Source: Hadesarchaea archaeon (GTDB taxonomy: Archaea; Hadarchaeota; Hadarchaeia; Hadarchaeales; Hadarchaeaceae). Taken from it: a stretch of 35,873 bases of DNA. Below, one piece after another: positions 22,991 to 30,357 of the stretch; positions within the stretch are counted from its first letter, which is position 1; every line of letters starts with the position of its first letter. The notes beneath the pieces are model-generated. The model was given only the letters and a program-made list of their open reading frames with translations. It did no database searches and was not told the origin of the DNA. The stretch lies in assembly GCA_030615805.1 (NCBI GenBank), contig JAUWYN010000002.1, positions 1 to 35,873 on the forward strand. The letters are read 5' to 3'. Both the position numbers and the translations under genes were made by a program.

Positions 22991-23493
22991 TGGTCAACAT
23001 AAAGTATATCCTCGCTGCCTTGGCCGTGATCGGGATAATAATAGTGGCGATTGTAATCTTATGGCCCGACTCAGGTGTTGCTAAGGGAATTTCCGACTGG
23101 ATCCCTGGAACCGAGGTAAATTATGTTGCCGAGGTGGAATACACTGTTTACTCTGGGACATTCGTTTGGGAGAGCATGAACATTAAAATCAACGATGTAA
23201 AAGTGATAGAGAAGGTAACTCACTTTTCAATCGGCGGATTCGCATTTTGGCCAGAATCTCATAGGGGCGTTATCGAAATAGAGTCAATCTGGATCGAAAA
23301 CAACAAGGTGGTGGATAAAGTCGTTCGAGACGTGGATGTGAGTGAAGGCTGGTTCGGGTGGGAAGAATCCAAGACGTTGAAGAATCAAGTCATATTGGGC
23401 AGAGAGGGGAGCGGTGAGTACAAGATTTTGATAACGCTATGGGACAAAGAAGGAGAAAAAATCGATGAAGATTTCACTTACAGGACAATCTAA
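22987..23493 (+). CDS. N-terminally anchored secreted protein
   Basis: ATGA overlap. YILAALAVIGIIIVAIVILW followed by a soluble beta-rich domain. Confidence 0.7.
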   Translation: MMVNIKYILAALAVIGIIIVAIVILWPDSGVAKGISDWIPGTEVNYVAEVEYTVYSGTFVWESMNIKINDVKVIEKVTHFSIGGFAFWPESHRGVIEIESIWIENNKVVDKVVRDVDVSEGWFGWEESKTLKNQVILGREGSGEYKILITLWDKEGEKIDEDFTYRTI

Positions 23494-23508
23494 GGGAGGG
23501 CAAAAGAA

Positions 23509-24303
23509 GTGAAGATACCAATACTCGCCATAATTGGAATCGCGTTGTTGCTCATCGGGTTCAGCCCGGATATTCTGGCGACCGTGAACATCGACACGCA
23601 AGACCCAATCATCCAAGGCTCATGGCCGGGGGGGAGCTCAAGTAGCCCGTCCGCCATGAGTCCTGGAACGACCTACACCCTTTGGGCTCAGGTCTATGAA
23701 TCCGGCTCCGGTCTAGTATCCGTTCAAGTGAGCATAAATAGTGGAAGTTGGCGAACCATGACTTACAAATCGACGTTATTGGCGTACACGTACAGATATG
23801 AAACAACGTACACCACCCCCAGTGCTCCTGGGACGATCAGGTTTGACTGGAAGGCCACCGACAGGGCGGGGAGAACGGGGACGAGAACCACCTACGGCAC
23901 GATAACCGAACCCACCGCCGATGGATACATAAACAACCAAAAGGTGACATCGAGCAGCACAATATACCTCACCACCCGCAACCTGAGCTTTAAGATGGTT
24001 CCCACCCAAGGAGCTAATTTAATTCAGGGGGGAACCGTCGAGATATCCGGCGCGGCAACCGCAAAGGTTATCCTCAGTAAATCCGGCGACGTCTGGGTGG
24101 GTTCGTGGACAGCCCCTTCGGATGGAACATACAAGATGACTATGTACCTCAAGGCGTTCGAGGCTGAGCACTACCGACAAATTTTCAGCCTTCTCACAGG
24201 AATAGGCGAGGAGCCAACGTACTCGACACCCGAAGATTCGTTCCTTTGGCTAAAGATCATCGGCGTAGTGCTAATCGTGGGCGGCTTCATCGTGAAAAAA
24301 TAA
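23509..24303 (+). CDS. Secreted protein with a signal peptide and a C-terminal TM anchor
   Basis: MKIPILAIIGIALLLIGFSPDILA... and C-terminal WLKIIGVVLIVGGFIVKK. Ser/Thr-rich ectodomain. Confidence 0.7.
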   Translation: MKIPILAIIGIALLLIGFSPDILATVNIDTQDPIIQGSWPGGSSSSPSAMSPGTTYTLWAQVYESGSGLVSVQVSINSGSWRTMTYKSTLLAYTYRYETTYTTPSAPGTIRFDWKATDRAGRTGTRTTYGTITEPTADGYINNQKVTSSSTIYLTTRNLSFKMVPTQGANLIQGGTVEISGAATAKVILSKSGDVWVGSWTAPSDGTYKMTMYLKAFEAEHYRQIFSLLTGIGEEPTYSTPEDSFLWLKIIGVVLIVGGFIVKK

Positions 24304-24315
24304 GGAGGAACCAAA

Positions 24316-24957
24316 ATGGATCAACGAGGCAAGTTCGCGTGGCAGAACTTGGTGATAATCGGACTAGTGGTAGTCATCGTGGCATTTGCGATGGGCTGGA
24401 TCAAGCTTGACGGCGAGGGAGATTCAGACATTAGCCTCTACATCCAAACCGAGGACGGGCAACTAATTCCAATCGGCGGCGGGAAAACCATGTCAATCCA
24501 AGCACTCTCTATATACTACAACGGGGAAAAGATCCAAGGAATTACAGGCATCCTGAACTTGAAACCAGTCCTGTCTGGCGGGGACGATGCAAGTGTCGCA
24601 ATCCATTGGACAGGAAGCTGGAAAATCACAGGGTTCATCAAGGGGACAAACACGGTAATATTCCAAAGGCCCGAGGGATACTGGCCCAAGGCTCCAGATC
24701 CCACGAATATACCTACCAACGTTTGGACGGCGCTCTCCGACTATCCAGCAGCTTTCACCGAGCCGGAACTGCCATCGCTCACGGACGGGGACTACACCTT
24801 CGTCTGGGGTGCCAGCGGGACAGCATCTCACGGCACAGGGGGAGCAACAGTCACGGCTGAATGGTCGATTGTCGCCCATGTGGACATAACAAAGACAGCG
24901 AACACGTTGAGCATCTCGATAGACATCATCCGATCGTCTTTCGATGTGCTGAGTTAA
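24316..24957 (+). CDS. N-terminally anchored secreted protein
   Basis: WQNLVIIGLVVVIVAFAMGWI followed by a soluble domain, with GGAGG upstream. Confidence 0.7.
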   Translation: MDQRGKFAWQNLVIIGLVVVIVAFAMGWIKLDGEGDSDISLYIQTEDGQLIPIGGGKTMSIQALSIYYNGEKIQGITGILNLKPVLSGGDDASVAIHWTGSWKITGFIKGTNTVIFQRPEGYWPKAPDPTNIPTNVWTALSDYPAAFTEPELPSLTDGDYTFVWGASGTASHGTGGATVTAEWSIVAHVDITKTANTLSISIDIIRSSFDVLS

Positions 24958-24974
24958 GGGGGGGGGAGTTTCAA

Positions 24975-25595
24975 GTGCATCTCCTCCCTCCCTTGGGCGT
25001 GATGTTCAGGGCGCTCCGTAGGGTTCCCTTCGCGCTATGGTTAATGATTGCTCTGTTCTTTATGCTTGCTGGAGCCGAACAGATAGCCCCGACAGGAGAG
25101 GCAAAACACTTTGAAAATGTCATAATATTTTACATCCTGTTCCAAGTCGCCCTTCTTGCGTACTGGAGAAAACGGCCTCCCTGGATGCGGGCCACGCTGA
25201 ACCAGGGGATAGCGTGGTTCGTGGGCGGGTTCGTCGTGACAGTTTTCATCTTGGTTGGGATGGGGATTGTCCGTGGCGCGTTGGGCTTCGAAACCGCCAC
25301 ATACGCCACGACAGCGCCGATCTATCTCATGGCCACCCACGCCATAGTCGTGGCATTCTCGGAGGAGGCAATCTTCAGAGGAATGCTCAGTCATCACACC
25401 ATGCTCACAGCGATTCCGGCAAACATCGGGTTCGCAATATTCCATGTGTGGGCGTACCACGGGAACGTGTTCAGCATGTGCATCGCGTTCGTCGCGGGGA
25501 TATTATTCTACATCATCATGCGGAAGACCAACATCTTCGCCGCGATGGGCGTCCACGGCGGCTTCAACACCTGGGCCCTGGGGCTCTGGGGGTAA
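24975..25595 (+). CDS. CPBP-family (CAAX/Abi-type) intramembrane protease
   Basis: FSEEAIFRGML (EExxxR), FAIFHVW (FxxxH) and GVHGGFNTW (HxxxN) within a polytopic membrane protein. Start is GTG 24975 or ATG 25002. Confidence 0.75.
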   Translation: MHLLPPLGVMFRALRRVPFALWLMIALFFMLAGAEQIAPTGEAKHFENVIIFYILFQVALLAYWRKRPPWMRATLNQGIAWFVGGFVVTVFILVGMGIVRGALGFETATYATTAPIYLMATHAIVVAFSEEAIFRGMLSHHTMLTAIPANIGFAIFHVWAYHGNVFSMCIAFVAGILFYIIMRKTNIFAAMGVHGGFNTWALGLWG

Positions 25596-25599
25596 AAGA

Positions 25600-25863
25600 A
25601 TGAAAGCCCAAGCATCTATGCTAAGTCTGCTCGCCCTGGCGATGGCGTTCATGCTCATCGTCTGGTCTGGCTTGGTCATCCTGCGCCAGACGCACTATTT
25701 GGGTGAAACGGGGATTTCTTTGAGTTGGATCGGCTTGGGCCTGGGCGTTGCCATCGTTCTAGTCCGCTTCGACTTCGCACGGGTGTTAAGGCCACCATTA
25801 GTCTATTTTTACGCGGGGTTCTTCGTGCTGATGTTCGCTAGGACTATGGGGTGGCTGCCGTGA
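25600..25863 (+). CDS. Membrane protein (87 aa, about 3 TM)
   Basis: ATG 25600 within track ORF 25444..25863. MLSLLALAMAFMLIVWSGLVIL, WIGLGLGVAIVLV, LVYFYAGFFVLMF. Confidence 0.6.
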   Translation: MKAQASMLSLLALAMAFMLIVWSGLVILRQTHYLGETGISLSWIGLGLGVAIVLVRFDFARVLRPPLVYFYAGFFVLMFARTMGWLP

Positions 25864-26156
25864 ACAAAATACTTCTTCTCCTTTTAGCCATCTTCATCGG
25901 GAGTATGTTGGCGGGTTATGGTGCTGGGGCAGGATGGCGATTGGATATTGCTGGGTACCACATCCACCACAATGTCTTTGGGATGATTCTGGTGTTCTTG
26001 CCGCTGGTGGCCTTCCTCTATCGGCGGCTCCCATATTCCAGTGCTTTGAGACGCTTCGCTTGGCCTATTGCTGGGCTTGGAATCGGGATCTTCGCCCATC
26101 ATCAAATCACCGAAGGGTTCCGAATAGTTTTGAGAACTATGGGGGTGATGTCTTGA
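25860..26156 (+). CDS. Membrane protein (98 aa)
   Basis: GTGA overlap. ILLLLLAIFIGSMLAGYG, VFGMILVFLPLVAFLY, IAGLGIGIFAHH. Confidence 0.6.
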   Translation: MNKILLLLLAIFIGSMLAGYGAGAGWRLDIAGYHIHHNVFGMILVFLPLVAFLYRRLPYSSALRRFAWPIAGLGIGIFAHHQITEGFRIVLRTMGVMS

Positions 26157-26386
26157 ACCTCCCGATGCGACTCGGCTCGATAGTCCTCGGCGTGACGTTC
26201 ATATTCAGCCTCATCGCCGCCGCTTGGTCCGATGCTTGGGAACCCATCGCGTTCGTGGCGTCAAACCGGGCGTTCTTCATGGGGTGCGGCGCGGGCATAA
26301 TCGCATCGGGCTGGCTGAGAAGACCGCTGGCGCTCATCCTGATAATCGGCGTGGTGTTCGTGGTCTTGAAGTTGCTTGGGGTTTAA
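26153..26386 (+). CDS. Membrane protein (about 77 aa; start TTG 26153 or ATG 26165)
   Basis: MRLGSIVLGVTFIFSLIAAAW... LALILIIGVVFVVLKLLGV. Confidence 0.5.
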   Translation: MNLPMRLGSIVLGVTFIFSLIAAAWSDAWEPIAFVASNRAFFMGCGAGIIASGWLRRPLALILIIGVVFVVLKLLGV

Positions 26387-26387
26387 C

Positions 26388-26651
26388 TCACTTTTTCTTC
26401 TGCTTTTTAATCATCAGTCCTTTGCTCTTTTCCAACCGATGGAATAGATTTAACCCTAGTATTATCACAAAAAGAAGCAACGTTATCTCTAACCCAATGA
26501 TAACTCTATTTGGTTCGACTAAAGTAACCTCTCCATACAATAATACTAAAAGATGGATGCACAAAAATAGCAGTCCCATCGCAATCAGAGCGCCAATACT
26601 GAACAAATCGATAAAGCGGGGCCAATTCTTTGATTTCCTTTTTTTTGTCAC
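26388..26651 (-). CDS. Membrane protein (87 aa, 2 TM)
   Basis: GTGA overlap with the upstream wHTH gene. FIDLFSIGALIAMGLLFLCIHLLVLLYG, IIGLEITLLLFVIILGLNLF. Confidence 0.55.
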   Translation of the reverse strand: MTKKRKSKNWPRFIDLFSIGALIAMGLLFLCIHLLVLLYGEVTLVEPNRVIIGLEITLLLFVIILGLNLFHRLEKSKGLMIKKQKKK

Positions 26652-26986
26652 GCCGACGCCGCCTCCGCCCTCTCCCCCGACTGCCAGGGCTGCGGTGATT
26701 TCAGGTATTGCAGCGGGTCGACCAGCACTGTGTCGAGCCGGATGTGGAACGCCCTCTGCTCCAGGTGATAGGTGGCGGGCCTCATGTAGTGGCGCTGGGT
26801 CCACAGGAGCTTCCACCGCTTGAACTTCGTTATGTGGTAGCGCAGCGCCTTCTCCCTCAGCCCGGTCGCCCTCATCATGTCCGCCAATGTGCATCCGTCC
26901 TCGTTGTTGTAGAAGCACTGAAGGATCGACATGGCGCGTTTCGGGGACTTCGGGGCCAGGAACCTCGCCAGATCTTCCAACGCCAT
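26648..26986 (-). CDS. Winged-helix transcription regulator
   Basis: AMSILQCFYNNEDGCTLADMMRATGLREKALRYHITKFKRWKLLW has an ArsR/MarR-like HTH-wing pattern. Confidence 0.7.
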   Translation of the reverse strand: MALEDLARFLAPKSPKRAMSILQCFYNNEDGCTLADMMRATGLREKALRYHITKFKRWKLLWTQRHYMRPATYHLEQRAFHIRLDTVLVDPLQYLKSPQPWQSGERAEAASA

Positions 26987-27083
26987 TTCCTCGGATCGCC
27001 TCCTCCTCCATATCTCCAGTGGAAACGTAGGCTTTTAAGTATATCGGGTGATAACCATTAGATAGAAAAGTATTTAACCCCCC

Positions 27084-27290
27084 TTGTCTAAAGAAAATAG
27101 GAAATCGGAGTGTGAAAATATAGCCAAAAAAGAAAAGGTCGAGGCAGATCAAAAATTCTTCGGCGTGCGGATTCCAATCGAACAAGCCAACGCGATGTTC
27201 CAAGCCGTGAAGAAAGGGGTCGCACTCAACGAGGCAGATTACATAAGAGATGCAATCCGTAAGAAACTCAGGGAGGACGGGTTGTTGTGA
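27084..27290 (+). CDS. Ribbon-helix-helix protein (non-ATG start)
   Basis: FFGVRIPIEQANAMFQAVKKGVALNEADYIRDAIRKKL fits an RHH pattern. The only in-frame start before the beta strand is TTG 27084. Confidence 0.5.
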   Translation: MSKENRKSECENIAKKEKVEADQKFFGVRIPIEQANAMFQAVKKGVALNEADYIRDAIRKKLREDGLL

Positions 27291-27306
27291 TATTGGGGGT
27301 CGTGAA

Positions 27307-27579
27307 GTGAATTCTTGCGCGACTTGTGGGACAATTGAAAATTTACAAACTCATCACATTTCATACGAACCAGAGATAATTCAATTGCTTTGTAAAAAAT
27401 GCCATATTGCTAAACATAATCATGGGACAGGAAAAATAGGGACTATTGGTCCAACCGCTACTCTTGAGATAAAGAAATCCACGCACGCCAAACTGGCGGA
27501 ACTTGGGGAATACGGCAATTCGATGGACGATATCATCAACAAGCTCATCAACACTTTTCCTAAGAAGGCGAAGAAATGA
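27307..27579 (+). CDS. HNH endonuclease-family protein
   Basis: VNSCATCGTIENLQTHHISYEPEIIQLLCKKCHIAKHNH. GTG 27307 within track ORF 27250..27579. Confidence 0.75.
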   Translation: MNSCATCGTIENLQTHHISYEPEIIQLLCKKCHIAKHNHGTGKIGTIGPTATLEIKKSTHAKLAELGEYGNSMDDIINKLINTFPKKAKK

Positions 27580-27676
27580 GCAACCTTCCCTCCCTCTCAG
27601 CGCGACTTCAATCGTCCGGGGCTACTTATTTTGCGCCAAGTGCTAAGACATCCTTGGAATCTGGCCCCTTGATTAG

Positions 27677-27715
27677 TTTAAATACCCCGACCCCCTTGTG
27701 GTCGGGGTTTATAAA
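27677..27715. promoter_or_regulatory. TTTAAATA - 9-bp-stem hairpin - TTTATAAA composite (TATA-like boxes flanking a terminator-like hairpin)
   Basis: TTTAAATA 27677-27684. Stem ACCCCGACC/GGTCGGGGT at 27684-27692 and 27700-27708, with loop cccttgt. TTTATAAA 27708-27715. Confidence 0.6.
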
Positions 27716-27730
27716 GAAATGCCGAATTGG

Positions 27731-27749
27731 CCTCATTACTGTAATGAGG
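27731..27749. other. Perfect hairpin CCTCATTA-ctg-TAATGAGG
   Basis: Read directly. Lies in the 295-nt non-coding gap 27580..27874. Confidence 0.7.
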
Positions 27750-27874
27750 GGTTTCAGGATCAGTTCCCTATCGGGGGAATCGTGCCGCCTTCGCGGTTCT
27801 GCGGACCTTTCCGTTCAGGCCCCCCCAAGTCGTCACTTCCAGCACAAGTGTAGAACACAAGTACAGGTGGTCAG

Positions 27875-28369
27875 ATGAGATTCCGACCTAGCGACCGTCG
27901 CCCATCCACGGCGGCAGCATCGCCCCCCAAAGCGAAAAGCGGCCTGCGACTAGCGAAGCCAAAGGCGAGAACGCAACGGCACCTAGGTAACTTAGGTAAC
28001 ACAGGTAACCGTTCGGGAAAAACATACGAAGAACTTTTGACCAACTACTTGGGCGACTGTTCCAAATGCGGGGCCAAAAATGTCGTTTTGACTGATGGCT
28101 TGTGTCGGGATTGCTGGCACGGACGCAAGTATGCAACTTCCCATCGAGCAGTTCTCCGACCACACCTGGACGGACAAGGGCGGGGCGATCCACGGGACGA
28201 GGTGACAGGCGTGGCTTTCAGGGAATATCATAAAACCTACCGCAAGGCTTGCAGCCGAGCTGCCGAACTGAGGAGGAAGGGTAGGTCAGCGAGGGCGTGG
28301 AAAAACTGGGAATTTGGCAAGCACGTTGGATACGTGGTTATTTGGAAAAAGCGGGAGGCTTCCTCGTGA
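27875..28369 (+). CDS. Basic zinc-ribbon protein (164 aa)
   Basis: AGGTGG lies 6 nt upstream of the ATG. CSKCGAKNVVLTDGLCRDCWHG. Contains 28-nt motif copy 1 (GLRLAKPKA). Confidence 0.6.
   Translation: MRFRPSDRRPSTAAASPPKAKSGLRLAKPKARTQRHLGNLGNTGNRSGKTYEELLTNYLGDCSKCGAKNVVLTDGLCRDCWHGRKYATSHRAVLRPHLDGQGRGDPRDEVTGVAFREYHKTYRKACSRAAELRRKGRSARAWKNWEFGKHVGYVVIWKKREASS
27941..27968 (+). repeat. 28-nt motif, copy 1: ggcctgcgactagcgaagccaaaggcga
   Basis: 26/28 identical to 28617..28644 and 22/28 identical to 28381..28408. Confidence 0.85.
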
Positions 28370-28608
28370 AAAACAAAAATGACCTGCGACCAGCCGAGTC
28401 GAAGGCGATGACTGAAGGACGAATCAGAGGGAGGCTTTCCACTGAACCATACGAAGCTGTTGAACGCTGTGAATTTGGACACGATATAGATGAAAAGACG
28501 ATGACGAAAGCTGAAGGATTATTCTACAAGGGTGAACAACTATTTTGGGCTTATTGTAAGCGATGCAAAACATCCGTTCAAATTTTTCAAAGGGGGCGGG
28601 CGCGATGA
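28366..28608 (+). CDS. Small zinc-binding protein (80 aa)
   Basis: GTGA overlap. VKNKNDLRPAESKAMTEG...CEFGHDID...YCKRCKTSVQIF. Contains motif copy 2. Confidence 0.55.
   Translation: MKNKNDLRPAESKAMTEGRIRGRLSTEPYEAVERCEFGHDIDEKTMTKAEGLFYKGEQLFWAYCKRCKTSVQIFQRGRAR
28381..28408 (+). repeat. 28-nt motif, copy 2: gacctgcgaccagccgagtcgaaggcga
   Basis: Aligned by eye to copies 1 and 3. Confidence 0.7.
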
Positions 28609-29273
28609 CACCTCCCGGCCTGCGACTAGCGAAGTCAAAGGTGATAGGCGGGGGTTGCCTATCATATCGTCCAAGTAAATTAATATTGACTGGTCCAGAG
28701 TGGAAGGGAATATCAGACATCGTTTCAATCGCGCTTTCCAATGATGACACGTTTAGAGTTGCATGCAACCAAACTCTCCTCAGAAACAGGGCACAGGTGG
28801 AGACCGCACAAGCGGAACTAAAGGAAGCCGTAAGGAAGGCAAAAAGGTGGATTCTCTACATCGAGAGGGAGGGATGCGACCACCTCATAACAATAGAAAC
28901 CGAACGACCCGGGCGTCATCGGGAGTTAATCTCAGGGAATGAGAAACTTCTACTGTGTGCCCCCAAGTTCGTTAGAGTTGAAGCAACCCACGATGTTTTG
29001 ATCGGAATAGCGGATGCTTGCTGCAAGGCGATGGGACTACACAACGCACTGAAAACGATTAACGAAAAACTCCTTAGCGAGTCTGGATACGAGCTTGCTA
29101 AGGGGCTTTGGAATAGATGTCATCTACATTGGCGCAGGAGTGTCGGAGCGAGAAAGGCAGCATGGATGAAAAAGGGATACGTCGCCGAGTTCGAGGAAGT
29201 TCCCGATCTTAGAGATTCAAAATTCCACGAGGGAGCCAAACTCCTTTACGATGTCAAGGAGGGAGCGAAGTGA
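28605..29273 (+). CDS. Hypothetical protein (222 aa)
   Basis: ATGA overlap. MTPPGLRLAKSKVIGGG... contains motif copy 3. No family recognised. Confidence 0.65.
   Translation: MTPPGLRLAKSKVIGGGCLSYRPSKLILTGPEWKGISDIVSIALSNDDTFRVACNQTLLRNRAQVETAQAELKEAVRKAKRWILYIEREGCDHLITIETERPGRHRELISGNEKLLLCAPKFVRVEATHDVLIGIADACCKAMGLHNALKTINEKLLSESGYELAKGLWNRCHLHWRRSVGARKAAWMKKGYVAEFEEVPDLRDSKFHEGAKLLYDVKEGAK
28617..28644 (+). repeat. 28-nt motif, copy 3: ggcctgcgactagcgaagtcaaaggtga
   Basis: 26/28 identical to copy 1. Confidence 0.85.
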
Positions 29274-30019
29274 AATCAAGGCTCCTGAAAATCGCCGAGA
29301 TAATATTTGACCCCGAGATATACCCGAGGCTGAACGTCAACCCAACGCTCGTGGAACTGTACGCCGATGCTATGGAAAAGGGCGAGAAGTTCCCCCCGAT
29401 TTCGGTCGGCAACATCAAGACGGTCAAGGGGATTCAACTAATCGATGGGAAGCACAGATTAGAGGCAACAAAGAAGCGTGGCGAGAAATACATCGCAGCC
29501 ACCATTAAGGGATACGAGAACAAGCGGGATGCCTTCATCGATGCGGTGAAACTCAACGTCAAGCACGGAAAGCCACTTTCTTGGATTGATCGTGAAAACG
29601 CATCGGAAAGGCTAGCAGAGTTCGGGGTGAAAAGGGAACTGATAAGTGGCATAGTTCGACTGCCCGTTCAGCGAATACAGAGGGTCAAGGCATTCAGCAA
29701 GGAACTTATAGAACGCCAAGTTCCCGTTCCTGCGCCGAGTAGTGCGGACAACGTGGATGAGACACCTGGACAAGCCACACCTGAGTTAGATCCAGATCCA
29801 CCAACGACACCAGAACACGAGTCGCCAAAGGATGAACCCAAAAAAGCCGAATTGATCGAACTAAGAAGCCCAGACGAAGTGGTGGAAAGGCTCAAGCACT
29901 GGTGGGAGTTGCACGATGAACTTGCAAAGGAAGGAGCTGTTGAAAGTGGCAACTTGGACGAAGTGAGAGGCCGAATTTACGAACTCCAGTGGATGATGGG
30001 CAGGGAGGCTCTTGTCTGA
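29270..30019 (+). CDS. ParB/Srx-fold (ParB N-terminal domain) protein
   Basis: IFDPEIYPR...LVELYADAMEKGEKFPPISV...IQLIDGKHRLEATKKRG. Acidic, Pro-rich C-terminal half. GTGA overlap at the start. Confidence 0.8.
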   Translation: MKSRLLKIAEIIFDPEIYPRLNVNPTLVELYADAMEKGEKFPPISVGNIKTVKGIQLIDGKHRLEATKKRGEKYIAATIKGYENKRDAFIDAVKLNVKHGKPLSWIDRENASERLAEFGVKRELISGIVRLPVQRIQRVKAFSKELIERQVPVPAPSSADNVDETPGQATPELDPDPPTTPEHESPKDEPKKAELIELRSPDEVVERLKHWWELHDELAKEGAVESGNLDEVRGRIYELQWMMGREALV

Positions 30020-30065
30020 TGTTCACGGTTCACGCTCGGTCAGGCAGCACACGGCTCGGTAGGGT

Positions 30066-30347
30066 TTGGCGTGGTGCGGCAAGGCAAGGCTTGGCAAGGA
30101 ATCGCGTTAATCAAGATCTGGCATGGTCTGGTGAGGCAAGGTGCGCCAAGGCGCGGCAAGGTTTGGCACGGTTGTTCACGATAATTCTACGCTGCATGTT
30201 AACAAGGCGGGGCACGGCGAGGCGAGGCTTGGCGCGGCAACGTTCGGTTCGGCAAGGCGAGGCAAGGAATCACGATCGTGGTCTGGCATGGTCAGGCGAG
30301 GCATGCATAGGCGAGGTCTGGCGGGGTATGGCACGGTTAGGCAAGGA
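30066..30347. repeat. Array of at least 21 GGCRNGG-type heptamers spaced at 5/10-bp intervals, with a two-fold higher-order repeat
   Basis: Motif starts at 30068, 30078, 30083, 30093 / 30120, 30135, 30155, 30165 / 30211, 30216, 30221, 30231, 30251, 30256, 30261 / 30285, 30295, 30310, 30320, 30330, 30340. GGCAAGGAATCRCG...TCTGGCATGGTC occurs at 30093 and 30261. Confidence 0.9.
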
Positions 30348-30357
30348 GATGTGTTAA

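Noticed and set aside
26388-27203. 271-aa minus-strand ORF spanning 26388..27203.
   Set aside because: Only its last 87 codons (the membrane protein 26388..26651, with a GTG start) look coding. The upstream part overlaps the better-supported wHTH gene (26648..26986) in another frame and also crosses the divergent promoter.
27576-27878. 100-aa track ORF filling the 27.6-27.9 kb gap.
   Set aside because: It has a low-complexity Ser/Leu/Pro translation and no RBS. The region is dominated by hairpins and TATA-like boxes, so I treat it as non-coding.
30066-30347. Possible CRISPR array.
   Set aside because: The repeat units are only 7 nt long, are degenerate and sit at 5-10-bp spacing. There are no unique spacers of 30-40 nt and no cas genes.
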